Positions 44,630-57,277 of a DNA stretch of 64,000 nucleotides are shown in pieces; the first letter of the stretch is position 1, and every line of letters starts with the position of its first letter. This stretch comes from Squalus acanthias (Eukaryota). Both the position numbers and the translations under genes were made by a program. The DNA lies in the NCBI GenBank assembly GCA_030390025.1, contig CM059431.1, positions 136,030,001-136,094,000 on the forward strand. The letters run 5' to 3'. The notes under the pieces are model-generated. The model was not told the DNA's origin, did no database searches, and worked only from the letters and a program-made list of their open reading frames with translations.

Positions 44630-46560
44630 TTCGTTTATGGGATGTGGGCGTCGCTGGCAAGGCCAGCATTTATTGCCCATCCCTAACTGCCCATGAGAAG
44701 GTGGTGATGAGCCGCCTTCTTGAACTGCTGCAGTCCATGTGGTGAAGGTACTCCCACAGTGCTGTTAGGGAGGGAGTTCCAGGATTTTGACCCAGCGACG
44801 ATGAAGGATCGGCGATATACTTCTAAGTCAGGATGGTGTGTGACTTGGAGGGGAACTTGGAGGTGGTGGTGTTCCCATGCGTCTGCTGCCCTTGTTCTTC
44901 TAGGTGGAAGAGGTCCTGGGTTTGGGAGGTGCTGCCGAAAAAGCCTTGGCGAGTTGCTGCAGTGCATCTTGTAGATGGTACACACTGTAGCCACGGTACG
45001 CCGGTGGTGGAGGGAGTGAATGTTTAAGGTGGTGGATGGGGTGCCAATCAAGCGGGCTGCTTTGTCCTGGATGGTGTCGAGCTTCTTGAGTGTTGTTGGA
45101 GCTGCACTCATCCAGACAAGTGGAGAGTGTTCCATCACACTCCTGACATGTGCCTTGTAGATGGTGGAAAGGCTTTGGGGAGTCAGGAGGTGAGACACTT
45201 GCCACAGAATACCCAGCCTCTGACCTACTCTTGTTGCCACAGTATTTATGTGGCTGGTCCAGTTAAGTTTCTGGTCAATGGTGACCCCCAGGATGTTGAT
45301 GGTGGGGGATTCGGTGTTGGTAATGCCGTTGAATGTCAAGGGGCGGAGGTTAGACTCTCGCTTGTTGGAGATAGTCATTGCCTGGCACTTCTGTGGCGCG
45401 AATGTTACCTGCCACTTATCAGCCCAAGCCTGAACGTCTTCCAGGTCTTGCTGCATGCGGGCATGGACTGCTTCATTATCTGAGGCGTTGTGAATGGCAC
45501 TGAACACTGTGAGTCATCAGCGAACATCCCCATTTCTGACCTTGTGTTGGAGGGAAGTTACTTCCAGATTGTAACTGAATTCAAATTCTCAAACTGCCAT
45601 GATGAGATAATCCTCTGGATAGTCCTGGCCTCTGGGTTACTCGTCTAGTAACACAACCACTGCATCACCACCAACAATGTGGAACATTTCCCAGATATTT
45701 CCTGTCCAGTGGTGGAGGCTGCAGGTTTGGGAGCTGCTGGTGAAGTAAGCTTGGCGAATTGCTGCAGTGCATCCTGTGGCTTGTACACACTGTGGCCAAA
45801 GCCCATCACTGGTGGCGGGGTGAATTTTCAGTCCAGTGGCAGGGACACGGATCGAGCAAACTGCTCTGCCCTGGAAAGTCTCCAGCTTCTTGAGTGTTGT
45901 GGCTGCACCCATCCGGTGTTGAATATTCCATCACGCTTCTGACTTGAGCCTTGAGGATGATGGAAAGATTTTGAGGAGACAGGAGGTGACACATTCATTG
46001 CAGATTACCCAGTCTCTGTCTTGCACTTGTAGCCATGGTGTTTATACGGCTGGTGCAATTAAGCTTCTGGTCAATGGTGGAGGCCTTGATGGCGATGGTA
46101 GTGCCAATGAAGGTCAAAAGGAGATGATTGGGTTATTGCCTGGCACTTAAGTGACAGGTAGATTCAGGCCACATATCAGCCCAAACTTGGATGTTGTCCA
46201 GCTCCTGCTGTAGGCTTACACGGGCTGTTTTATTATCGGAGAAGTTGTGAATGGAGCTGAAGACTGGAATCATCAGTGAACGGCCCCAGTCCTGGCCTTT
46301 ATGACAGACGGAAGGTCATTGTGAAGCAGCTGAAGATGGGTGGACCAAGAACACTTCCCTGAGGAACTCCTACAGCGATGTCCTGGGGCTGTGATGATTA
46401 GATTGCAACAGCCATACCCATCTTCCTTTGTCTTGGGTATGCCCCCAGCTACTAGAGGGTTTTCTCCTGGACCTCCATTGACCTAAGTTTTGCTCGGGCT
46501 ATTTGGGGCCATTTTCAGTTGAATGCTGCTTTGATGTCGAGGACAGCTACTTTCACCACT
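44630..46560 (-). mobile_element. Two fragments of a second CR1-like LINE family (44630-45555, and an older copy at ~45690-46560)
   Basis: FADD region..WADKWQVTFAPQKCQ..GVTIDQKLNW..WNSLP; the older copy has LDIKAAF. Confidence 0.8.
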
Positions 46561-46579
46561 ACTCCAGACATGAACACCC

Positions 46580-47000
46580 CTTCTCCCCCCATGGATGATA
46601 CTTCACGTACCTTCTCCCCCATGAATGATACTTCACGTCCCTTCTCCCCCATGAATGATACTTCACGTACCTTCTCCCCCATGAATGATACTTCACGTAC
46701 CTTCTCCCCCATGAATGATACTTCACGTCCCTTCTCCCCATGAATGATACTTCACGTCCCTTCTCCCCCATGAATGATACTTCACGTACCTTCTCCCCCA
46801 TGAATGATACTTCACGTCCATTCTCCCCCCCCCCCATGGATGATACTTCACGTCCATTCTCCCCCCCCCCCCCCCCCCATGGATGATACTTCACGTACCT
46901 TCTCCCCCATGAATGATACTTCACGTCTCTTCTCCCCCATGGATGATACTTCACGTCCATTCTCTCCCCCATGGATGATACTTCACGTCCATTCTCCCCC
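46580..47000. repeat. 30-bp minisatellite
   Basis: Unit cttctcccccatgaatgatacttcacgtac, about 13 copies. Confidence 0.93.
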
Positions 47001-48317
47001 CGTTATAGTGTCAGAAAATTAAGTCTCTCGAGCAGAGGGCTTCTGTGCTCGAGCAATGTTTGGCCTCAATGTGCAGCATAAGGGAGGATGAGGGGTTTCT
47101 GGATTGTACTTTCCAGAATGTGGCCACCCAAGAGGCAATGTTAGACTGGTCAAGACACAGGGATAGAGAGAACAGAGTGACCACCTGCAGGAACAACCAA
47201 AGGAGGCAGGATTCACAGGGACATGGAATCCCAGTATTACTGGAACTGTCTAATCCACAGTGTTGGACAAGTATGAGGTGGACAGTAACAGTGAATCAGA
47301 AAGCTGGTCCTGAACAACACTGCAGTACCATGGAGCAAAGGATGCTGCAGGAGGGACGACTTTGTGTTCTTGGGGTAAGGGAAGGCTGCACTGTCTGGGC
47401 AACCATTACCGGAACCAAACCGGCCCAATGTCCTTGCAGAGAGTGGGTCAACGGAGTGGGGGGGTGGGGGGGGGGGGTGGATTTATACTAATATGGTTGG
47501 GGGGGGGGGGGGGGGGAGTCTAGATTTGGGAATAGAGAGGGAGACCAAGAGAGGAGAGCAGTATTAATAAAGCTGTTGGAACAAAACAAGGGGCCATAAT
47601 CCTAAAATTAGAGCTAGGCTCTTCAGGGGTGATGTCAGGAAGCACTTCTTCACACAAAGGGTAGTGGAAATCTGGGACTCTTTACCCCCCCACAACCCCC
47701 CCAAAACTGTGGAATCTGGGGGTCAATTGAGCTTTCAATACTGAGGTCAATAAACTTTTGTTTAAGGGTATTAAGGTATGTGAGGCAAAGGCGGATAGAT
47801 GGAGTTGAGATACAGATCAGCCATGATCTCATTGAATGGCGGAACAGACTCGAGGGGCTGAATGGCCTGCTCCTGTTCCTGTGTTCCTAACTGTCAATTT
47901 TTGATGATGACCTAGGCCTTGACTCATGGAATAAGTTGGGTGTATTTATTTCTCAATAATACATCAGCTGTCCTACACTCTCACACAATTAATGTAAAAC
48001 TTTACTTTCTGCAGGAACCTTTCTGCTGGTCACACATTTTTCAGGTGCATGTGGGAACCTCATTGGCCATTTGAAAGCTTCCTGAAGATTGCATTTGAAT
48101 CACAATCTTTACAATCATGTCAATGATTTGAAGCATAGGAAAGCAGTTGTCACAGTAGAGCTTCCTTCAGTTGTCTTGTGGCAAGTCGAATGAGGCGAAA
48201 AGGAACATTAACATAGTTCTGCAACTTCTGAACGGATGTTTAAAAAATGATATTTTTGCTTAATTTATTGAGAGGAGCAACGTCAAGCTTATAAGTTTCC
48301 CTTCTGTTTCTTTCTAG

Positions 48318-48494
48318 TTCTTGTCATCGTTTACAGATTTTCTGGCCTTTATGGTTCTTTTCAATTACGTCACCGTGGAGATGCAGAAGTTTCTTGGTTC
48401 CTATTTCATTACTTGGGATGAAGAAATATTTGACAATAAAATTCGTGAGGGGCCAACAGTGAACACATCGGACCTGAATGAAGAATTGGGGCAG
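48318..48494 (+). pseudogene. atp11a: atp11a TM4 exon lacking the IIPVSMY segment
   Basis: ctag| [34 protein letters not shown]...[11 protein letters not shown] |gttggt. Confidence 0.92.
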
Positions 48495-48979
48495 GTTGGT
48501 TGATTTAAAAGGCATCGGAGGTGGAGATTCGTTTTGACCCGTTTCGGGTGAGCTGGGATTGTGCCCAAAACTCACCCAAAATTGCATATTGCTGGCGAGC
48601 TGCAGATGCCAATCGGGCATCGAGGCAGCACCGGCTCCATGGTGTCAACATTGTTCAGATTGACTCCCCAGCAGCCCTCGGGTAGGCTGGGAGCGGTTGG
48701 GGGGGAGAAAGGAGTGGGGCGAGAGGGGGGGGGCAATTGAGAGAGAGGGGGGCGATCGGGGAGAGGGGGGCGCTCGGGGTGTGGGAGGGGGCGCTCGGGG
48801 TGTGGCGCCGAGCAGGGATGGGGAGGATCAATCCTCCACATTCAGATATTTTTAAAAACCTGTTTGGTGGCGGCCTCCAGTGGTCCAGGTCAGAATTACA
48901 GGTTAGGATGCCTCAACCCGATGATCCTAAACACAGCAGCCCAGTTTCGGGGTCAGGTACCGTGTACCTGTGCTATAAC

Positions 48980-49283
48980 GGGACACTGTGATCCATTAAC
49001 CCTGTCGGTGGGACACTGTGATCCATTAACCCTGTCGGTGGGACACTGTGATCCATTAACCCTGTCGGTGGGACACTGTGATCCATTAACCCTGTCGGTG
49101 GGACACTGTGATCCATTAACCCTGTCGGTGGGACACTGTGATCCATTAACCCTGTCGGTGGGACACTGTGATCCATTAACCCTGTCGGTGGGACACTGTG
49201 ATCCATTAACCCTGTCGGTGGGACAATGTGATCCATTAACCCTGTCGGTTTGACAATGTGATCCATTAACCCTGTCGGTTTGA
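48980..49283. repeat. 30-bp minisatellite
   Basis: Unit gggacactgtgatccattaaccctgtcggt, about 10 copies. Confidence 0.95.
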
Positions 49284-49382
49284 CCGGGTACCTGTTGTAT
49301 AACAGGATGATGCTAAATTCTAACGTTAGTTCTAATCCTGATAAATTTGTTCGTTCATAATTTTTTGTTTCTCTTCTTTTAG

Positions 49383-49556
49383 GTTGAATATATTTTCACA
49401 GATAAAACGGGAACCCTGACTGAGAATAACATGGAGTTTATCGAGTGCTGCATCGACGGCCACGTCCATGTATCATGCGCCATATCCAACGGCCAGAGCT
49501 TTTACAGCAATGTAGCAATCGATTTCATTGATGCACCTTGTGGAATGGCTGACCAG
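49383..49556 (+). pseudogene. atp11a: atp11a exon with the phosphorylation motif: [19 protein letters not shown]...
   Basis: tttag| ... |gtaaga; P-type ATPase DKTGT. Confidence 0.96.
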
Positions 49557-50131
49557 GTAAGAGTGATTCGGAATCAACCAGAGGAAAGTGTTGAGCTGCT
49601 GACTGCAGTTTCTTTGGAAATACATTGAATTGCAGCAGTTTTTTTCTTGTAGTGATCTTTCACTCCCTAGTGTTAGTGTATGTCCAGACCATGCATCCCA
49701 AAAGCTCTCGCTCACCTAGGATGCAGAGCTCGGGCCCACTACTGCTTGGTGCTTCACCTGCTGGTCAGAATTTTTAGGCTTTATGCCGCATAATTTGCCT
49801 GTAAATCGGGCAGTGCAGGTGCGCAGGTCTCGGGTTGCATACCAGCCGGGCCTGTTGTGTTGAATGAAATGGTAAAGCCTCCATCTGTGTTAGTGCTCCC
49901 TGCGAGAGGGATGTGCACAGGCAAGCCAGTGCTTCCCACTGAAACTTACCTTTAAGAGTGAAATATTTTGGATGAGGTTCCATTGGCAAACACTGGGGTC
50001 CTCTGGCCGCCCACCAGATCCCTCCAAATGGGTGAAAACCACACTGACCGATTTGTATCGGTCAGCCATTTATGAGCAGAAGTGAAAGTACGCAAAAGCA
50101 AAATAATCAGTGGGTGAATAGCCATACACCG

Positions 50132-51045
50132 TAGAATCCGAGAATCCTACAGCAAGGAAGCACAATTCGGCCTGTCGTGCCTGTGCCGGTTCTTTGAAAG
50201 AGCTTTCCAATTTAGTCCCACATCCCAGCTCTTTCCCCATAACACTGCAAATCAGTCCTCTTCAAGTACATGTCCAATTACCTTCTAAAAGTGATTCCAC
50301 CACCCTTTCAGGCAGTGCGTTCCAGACCTTAACCGTCTCTGTGGAAAAAAATTCTCCTCATTTTCCCTCTAGTTCTTTAGCCAATTGTTTTAAATTTATG
50401 ACCTCTGGTTACTGACCCACTTGCCAGAGGAAATAGTTTCTCCCACTTGCTCCATCAAAACCCCTCATAATTTTGATTACCTCTATTAGGTCTCCCATTA
50501 AACTTCTCTGCTCTATGGTGAACATTCCCAGCTTCTCCAATCTCTCCACATAACTGAAGTCTCTCATCCCTGGTATCATCCTGGTAAACCTCCTCAATAC
50601 CCTCTCCAGGGCCTTGACATCCTTCCTAAAGTGCGGTGCCCAGAATTGTACACAATACTCCAGCTGAGGTCTAACCAGTGATTTGTCAAGGTTTACCATG
50701 ACTTTTTTGTTTTTGTATTCAATGCCCCTATTTACAAAGCCAAGTATCCCATACGCTTTTTTCACTGCCTTATCAACTTGCCCTGCCACCTTCAAAGATT
50801 TGTGAATATACACACCCAGGCCTCTCTGTTTCTGCATCCCACCACTCCCCCCCCCCCCCCCGCCCCCCCCCCCCAAAATAGTATCATCTGGATTATCCTG
50901 CCTCTCCATGTTGTTCCTCCCTAAGTGCATCCCTTCACACTTCTCTGCATTAAATTGCATCTGCCATGAGTTTGCCCATTTCACCAGTCTGTCTCTGTCT
51001 TCCTGACGTCTGCCATTATCCTGCTTACTATTTACTACTTTGCCA
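50132..51045 (-). mobile_element. CR1 3' fragment, degraded
   Basis: ORF 50409-50984 with LVRPQLEYCVQFWAP. Confidence 0.85.
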
Positions 51046-52064
51046 AGTCTTAGAGAGCTGTCTCCATGGAGCCCTTAGTAACCCCCAACCAATGTCCCCC
51101 ATAAACCACGCTGCTTCCTGCGCGGCCTGCCTCTCCCAATGCACGGCCCATTCAAATTTTTGCAACTGCCGGTATCTACAATATAAAAGCCTGTAAGCGG
51201 CCCGCGTGGGACCTTGTGGATGACCGCGCGACCGCTCAGCTTAGCAGGAACATTGCCCCCTACCCATTTAGAAAGAAAGACTTACATTTATAGCAGCACA
51301 GTTAAATGAAACCAAACAACACCAGCACAGCCTCGTTTCCTTTGACATCTGAGCAGCAACAGTGAAATGTGAATTAGCTGCAGCAGTAACTGACTAGGGA
51401 CAGAAGAAACTGTGATGTAAACAACTTCAAAGAACAAAGCTTAGCCAAACAGCATCGGACTTAATTAGATTTGTGTCCCAATCAAGATGCTTGTGTATGA
51501 TTTATGACTCAGAAACCAATTAATTCTTTTAACAATGCAGTTAGCCGCGCTAATTTAATTTGTCATTAATATACAGCTCTCCCAGACACTGGGTCAGTTT
51601 ACACTCTAGCTCCCAGCTGTCAAACTAAAACAAAGGAACTGTCAACAATGAAACTTTAAACTTCCCAGTGTCTCGGCCAAGTCACAAGTTCATCCAAAGA
51701 TAAAATGAAGAATTCCTTGTGGTTTAAAACTGTTGTTGTGATCTGGAATGTGCTGCCTGAAAGGGCGGTGGAAGCAGATTCAATCGTAACTTTCAAAAGG
51801 GAATTGGATAAATTCTTGAAAAGGAGAAATTTTCAGGGCTATGGGGAAAGAGCAGGGGGAGTGGGACTAATTGGAAAGCTCTTTCAAAGAGCCGGCACAG
51901 GCATGATGGGCTGAATGGCCTCATTCTGTGCTGTAAGATTCTCTGATCGATGGGCTGATAGTCCAGCATGTGAGGTGGCTCAATCCTCGATTACAGGCAC
52001 TTTGGTCGTACACAGAACAGCTTCTCACTCAAAGTTAAAGATACCAAATGGAAACATTAGCCCA

Positions 52065-52185
52065 GGAGAGCTCGTACCCGGGTGTGTCGGGAGAGCTCGT
52101 ACCCGGGTGTGTCGGGAGAGCTCGTACCCGGGTGTGTCGGGAGAGCTCGTACCCGGGTGTGTCGGGAGAGCTCGTACCCGGGTGT
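52065..52185. repeat. 25-bp minisatellite, about 5 copies
   Basis: Unit gggagagctcgtacccgggtgtgtc. Confidence 0.9.
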
Positions 52186-53324
52186 GATGTTCCAGCTGTC
52201 AGTCACGATCGGGTGACCTGGATTGATGTCTGTTACCTGTTACCTGGTTCATTGAAGGTTTGCAGTGCTCCTATTGCCACTTTCCCTCGGCACAGGCTCG
52301 ATGGGCCGAATGGCCTCTTTCTGTGCTGTAACCATTCTATGATTAGAGGGAATATTTAATCGGTGAATTCTGAATGGATTCCATGGACCCTAAAAACAAA
52401 TTGAAAAGCAGGCTGTGCCTCCCGTGATTTGCACAAACTGTTTCACTAACGAAGGTCTGGTTTCTTTCATGACAGTTCCTCTCCGCACTTATTTCAGTGG
52501 CAGGTTGAATGAGCTTCACGTTCTGTTGAGGATTCTCAGGCTTCAGCAGATATTTCTGCTGCGCTCAGCATCACAAACAGCCCTTGTAAGCTTCGTCCTT
52601 GCTCACTAGGAATGGAAATGTGACCTTTTACACTTCGCTTCTGGCATTGTAGCAATGTGCTGCAGGGTTGTCATCGCAACATCTTATTTCTAATGCTTCT
52701 GGAGTTCTTATTGTAGAACATCCTCCTTTCATGCCCCCTGCACCCCGTCTGTGTATTCCTGGTCTCTGGTACTTGTGGCTCTCTCTGGATGTCATTGTCC
52801 AGACTCTTGACTGACTGTTGCCGCCTTCTCTCTGGTCTTTCTCGCATGGAGCATAAACATTGGCATAGACCATCGAGTCAAATGGCCTGTTTCTGTACTG
52901 TCGACTCGATGTAATTCTGTGTAATGTAATTTGTGATGCTGGATTTTTATTCACCGCAAGTATTTTGATGTTCACAGTGGAACCAACCATATGTTGTCTC
53001 TGTTTCCTGTTATTCACCCTGAGGAGGTTTCTGAATAAACGGGTCGTAGAAGCTCTTTCTGTTTGTTGTTCCTCAGCTGATGAGGAACTGCCATAGATTG
53101 AGCCAAATGCCACATCACAGACCAGCTTGCTGATAGGATTGGATAGAGTTTGTGGTGAGGCTCCCTAAGCAGAGCCTCGTTAGTTGGGGGCACGGGTCCG
53201 GTTGGGGGCTCACGTGGGTCGGATGCAGAGATCAACATTTCTAATTCGTGACACTTCCGATTTTCCAGTCATTAATTTTAATGATTGGAAAATTAGCAGT
53301 GCTTTTTTTTTGCATTCAGCATCC

Positions 53325-56300
53325 TGTTGTGGCTGCCGCGAAACACTAATTAAGGCCGAGTCCATGTGTGGAACACAAAGCTTTTAATTACATCTGCCTG
53401 ATAAAATGGCTGCTAACAAACTGATCTGAAAACTCTGAGGCCACGCCCACTCCTTTTCTCCTGCCTTAAAGGCAGCATGCGCCTTAAAGGCAAGGTGCCC
53501 GATTTATTGTCCACGGACGGAAAAGTGGATTGCGCCCGTTTAGGTGGCGATCCGCCACACAGCTCCCCCCAGAATCTGCTTAGAGGTGTGGACGAGACGG
53601 TGCGGCGGTCTGATGGGCCGGCCGGAGCGGCTCTTGTAGGACGCCGTTGGACGTGGAACGGCCGGGCGTGGAGCAGCCGGGTGAACCGGCTTGAGGGCAG
53701 GTCGGCCGCGTGGCGGTGGACGAGCTACAGGGACCTGCTCACCGGGCTCAGAGTGTGCTGGCTTGAGTCGGTCAACCGACACTTTTTCGGTCCTGTCGCC
53801 CACTTGCAGGGTGAAAAATTTGTCCCCAGCCTGTAGCACCTTGTAGGGCCCGTCGTACGGGGGTTGAAGGGGTCCACGGTGGGCGTCATGCCGGACGAAA
53901 ACGAACCATGCCTGGTGCAGGCTAAGTGGGACGAGTGAGGTGGATTCGCCGTGTCGGGCAATGTGCACCGGGGCGAACTGTAGCGCCGGTGAGGCGAAGT
54001 CGTGGCGTTGCTGGTCGGCTGACCAGGGTGTCGTGGCGGTGGGCAGGAACTCGCCGGGTACGCGCAGCGGCTGACCGTACACGAGCTCTGCTGCCGATGC
54101 GTGGAGGTCTTCTTTAACCGCGGTGCGCAGGCCGAGGAGGACCCACGGAAGTCGGTCGGTCCAGGCACCGTCCTGGAGTCTGGCTCGAAGAGATGCCTTC
54201 AAGGATCTGTGGAACCGCTCACACAGTCCGTTGGCTTGGGGGTGGTACGCTGTGGTGCGGTGAATGGTCACCCCGAGATTGCGTGCGACGGCGGTCCAGA
54301 GTTCAGAGGTAAATTGCGGACCTCTGTCCTACGTCATGTCGGAGGGGACGCCGAACCGTGCGACCCAGGTGCTGACGAAGGCTCTGGCGATGTCGCCGGT
54401 GGTGGTAGAGTCAGTGGAATTGCCTCAGGCCAGCGTGTGGTGCGGTCAACGATCTTCAGCAAGTGCGTGTGGCCTTGCGACGGCGGCAGGGGCCCGACGA
54501 TGTCCACGTGGATGTGGTCGAATCTACGCGAAGGGACAGTAAACTCCTCGAGGGGTGCTTTCGTTTGTTGCTGTACCTTAGCCCGTTGGCAGGCTAGGCA
54601 GGAGTTGGCCCAAGTACGCACATCCTTGCGAAGGCCGCGCCAGACGAAGCGGTTGGCTACCAATTTGATGGATGCGCGGGCGCCGGGGTGGGAGAGGTTG
54701 TGGAGGATCTCGAATACCCGGCGGCGCTGGGACGACGGGCCGAGGTTGACATAGGGATATGTCGCACTTGACCGTGACTGCGGTCGGGCCACAGGCGACG
54801 TCGGCCAGGCGTAGCCCTGGTAGGTTGGTAGGAAAGGAGAGCAGATCAGGGTCGGTGATCTGGTCTGCTGCGAGTTGAGCGTAGTCGACTGCCAGGTGTG
54901 CGGCGTGGATGGCGGGGCGGGAGAGGCAGTCGGCTACCACATTGTCTCGGCCGGAGACGTGTTGGATGTCCGTGGTGAACTCGGACACTGCCGCGAGCTG
55001 GCGCTGCTGCCTGGCGGACCAGGGGTCGGTTGTCTTTGCCATTGCGAATGTCAGGGGCTTGTGGTCGACAAACGAAGTGAGGGGGTGGCCCTCCAGCAAA
55101 AACCGGAAATGGCGGACCGCCAGGAACAGCGCGAGGAGCTCGCAGTCGAAGGTGCTGTAATTGACCTCCGGGGGGCGTAGTTGGCGGCTGAAGAAGGCAA
55201 GTGGTTGCCAGGCGCCGTCGACCCACTGCTCATACACGGCGCCGACCGCGTGGTCGGAGGCGTCCGTGGTGAGCGCTACCCTGGCATTGGGCCGTGGGTG
55301 CGCGAGCAGGGTGGCATTGGCGAGCGCCGTCTTGGTGGAGTCGAAGGCGGCTGACGCGTCTGCCGTCCATTCGACCGCCATCTTGCCGCTCCTGCCCCGG
55401 AGGGCTTCATACAGGGGCCTCATTTGGGATGAAGCGGTTATAGAAATTCACCATCCCGAGGAACTCCTGGAGGCCTTTGATGGTGGTGGGGCGGGGAAAT
55501 TGTTGGACGGCCTGCACCTTGGTGGGCAGGGGAATGGCTCCAGCATGGGTGATGTGGTGGCCGAGGAAGTCGATCTTGTCCAGGCCCAACTGGCATTTGG
55601 CTGGGCTGAGGATGAGTCCGTGGTCGCTGAGGCGCCCGAACAGGATGCAAAGGTGTTCGAGGTGTTCCTGCTTGGAGGAACTGGCTACCAGGATGTCGTC
55701 CAGGTAGACGAACAGGAACTTCAGGTCCCGAAGGACCGAGTCCATGAGCCGTTGGAATGCCTGGGCCGCGTTTTTGAGGCCGAAGGGCATCCGCAGGAAC
55801 TCGAACAGGCCGAAGGGGGTGATTACGGCCGTCTTGGGGACGTCCGCGGGGTGGACGGGGACTTGGTGGTAGCCGCGCACCAGGTCGACCTTGGAAAAGA
55901 CTGAGCGGCCGGCCAGTCTAGCCGAGAAGTCCTGAATGTGCGGCACGGGGTACCGATCAGGGGTGGTGGCGTCATTGAGGCGGCGGTAATCCCCGCAGGG
56001 GCGCCAACCTCCGCCTGGTTTGGGGGCGATGTGGAGTGGGGAGGCCCAGGGACTGTTGGAGCGGCGGATGATGCCGAGCTGTTCCATGGTGGCAAACTCG
56101 GTCCGCGCGATCTCCAGTTTGGCCGGGTCCAGCCTGCGGGCGTGGGCGTACACTGGGGGGCCTGTGGTGGGGATGAAGTGTTCCACCCCGTGTTTGGCGG
56201 CCTCCGCGGAGAAGGTCGGATTGGTAAGGGCCGGGATTTCGGCCAGGAGTGCCGAGTAGTCATCCGTGGCCCGGGCGTGGCACTGTGACGCCATGTCGGC

Positions 56301-57277
56301 GGGTTGACGGGGGGCCATGGCGCCCAGGATGGGGGACATGGTGTTCATGTCCACGAGGCGGTGACAAGGGATGTCTACCAGTAGGCCGTGGGTGCACAGG
56401 AAATCTGCGCCGATGAGGGGGGAGAGCACCTTGGCAGTGATGAACTCCCATCGGTAGCGGTGACCAGCGAGGTCGAGGGTGACTGTCCGGGTGCCATACG
56501 TCCGGATTTCCGAGCCGTTAGCAGCAGCCAGCGCCGGTCCTCGTTCGCCCTTTTGGATGTCAAGGGAGGAGGCCGGGATGATGCTGTGCTGAGCCCCAGT
56601 GTCGAACAGGAACCGGCGGCCGGTTTTGTCATCCGTGACGAACAGCAGGGAGCCAGCGTGGCCCACGGCCATCGCGGGGGCTGGAACGGGGGTGGACTTG
56701 AAAGAGCAGGGAGGTGTGCACCGTTGTGCCCTGGCGCCGAACCGTGCGTGGTAGTAACAGTGGCCCGGGTTAGTGGGGCGTGAAGGCCCCGTGGGCCTGG
56801 TGACAGGCCCTTGTGGCCGCGTGCTGGATGGTGAGGGGCGCGCCCAGGCATTGGCTGCCAGGTCCGGAGTGATGTCGCGGCTAGAGTGAGCGGACAGCAG
56901 CTTGTCGGCCTCATCGGCCAGGGCTTCCAGGTTCGTGAGGCCGGACGCCACGATCACTGGGCGGATGCTGAGAGGGAGCTGGCGGATGAACAGCGTGCGG
57001 AAGAGGGATCCAGGTGGGCTCTCGTCGGTGAGGGAGAGCATGTGGGAGAGGAGGTCTGACGGTGAGGCATCACTGAGGCCTGGAAGGTCGAGGAGGTGGC
57101 AGTTTCGCTGGTATGCCGAGGCCGTAAATTTTTTAAGGAGCGCTGTTCTGAGATGTGCGTACTTGCCTTCCTCTGGTGGGTTCTGCAGCGTTGTCCAAAC
57201 CTTGGAAACTGCGGCGCTACTGAGTGATGTGACGAGATAGTCGTACTTCGTCCCATCTGTGGTGATATTTCGCAGCC
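53325..57277 (-). mobile_element. 5'-truncated Ty3/Gypsy element (CsRn1-like), GC-rich, frameshifted; 3' LTR at ~53325-53559
   Basis: CYYHARFG gag, FDTGA, DYRRLN..YPVP..MPFGL..YLDD, TTDAS, HVDIVGP, GLCER, PYDGPY; PPT ggggggagctg before the LTR TG on the minus strand. Confidence 0.9.

Noticed and set aside
46580..49283. 30-bp repeats as possible CRISPR arrays or repeat proteins
   Set aside because: Head-to-tail units without unique spacers in vertebrate intron DNA; ordinary minisatellites.
52065..52185. Repeat unit contains GAGCTCGTACCCGGG, similar to the pUC SacI-KpnI-SmaI polylinker
   Set aside because: One base short of the polylinker, tandemly repeated, and no other vector sequence nearby; treated as coincidence.
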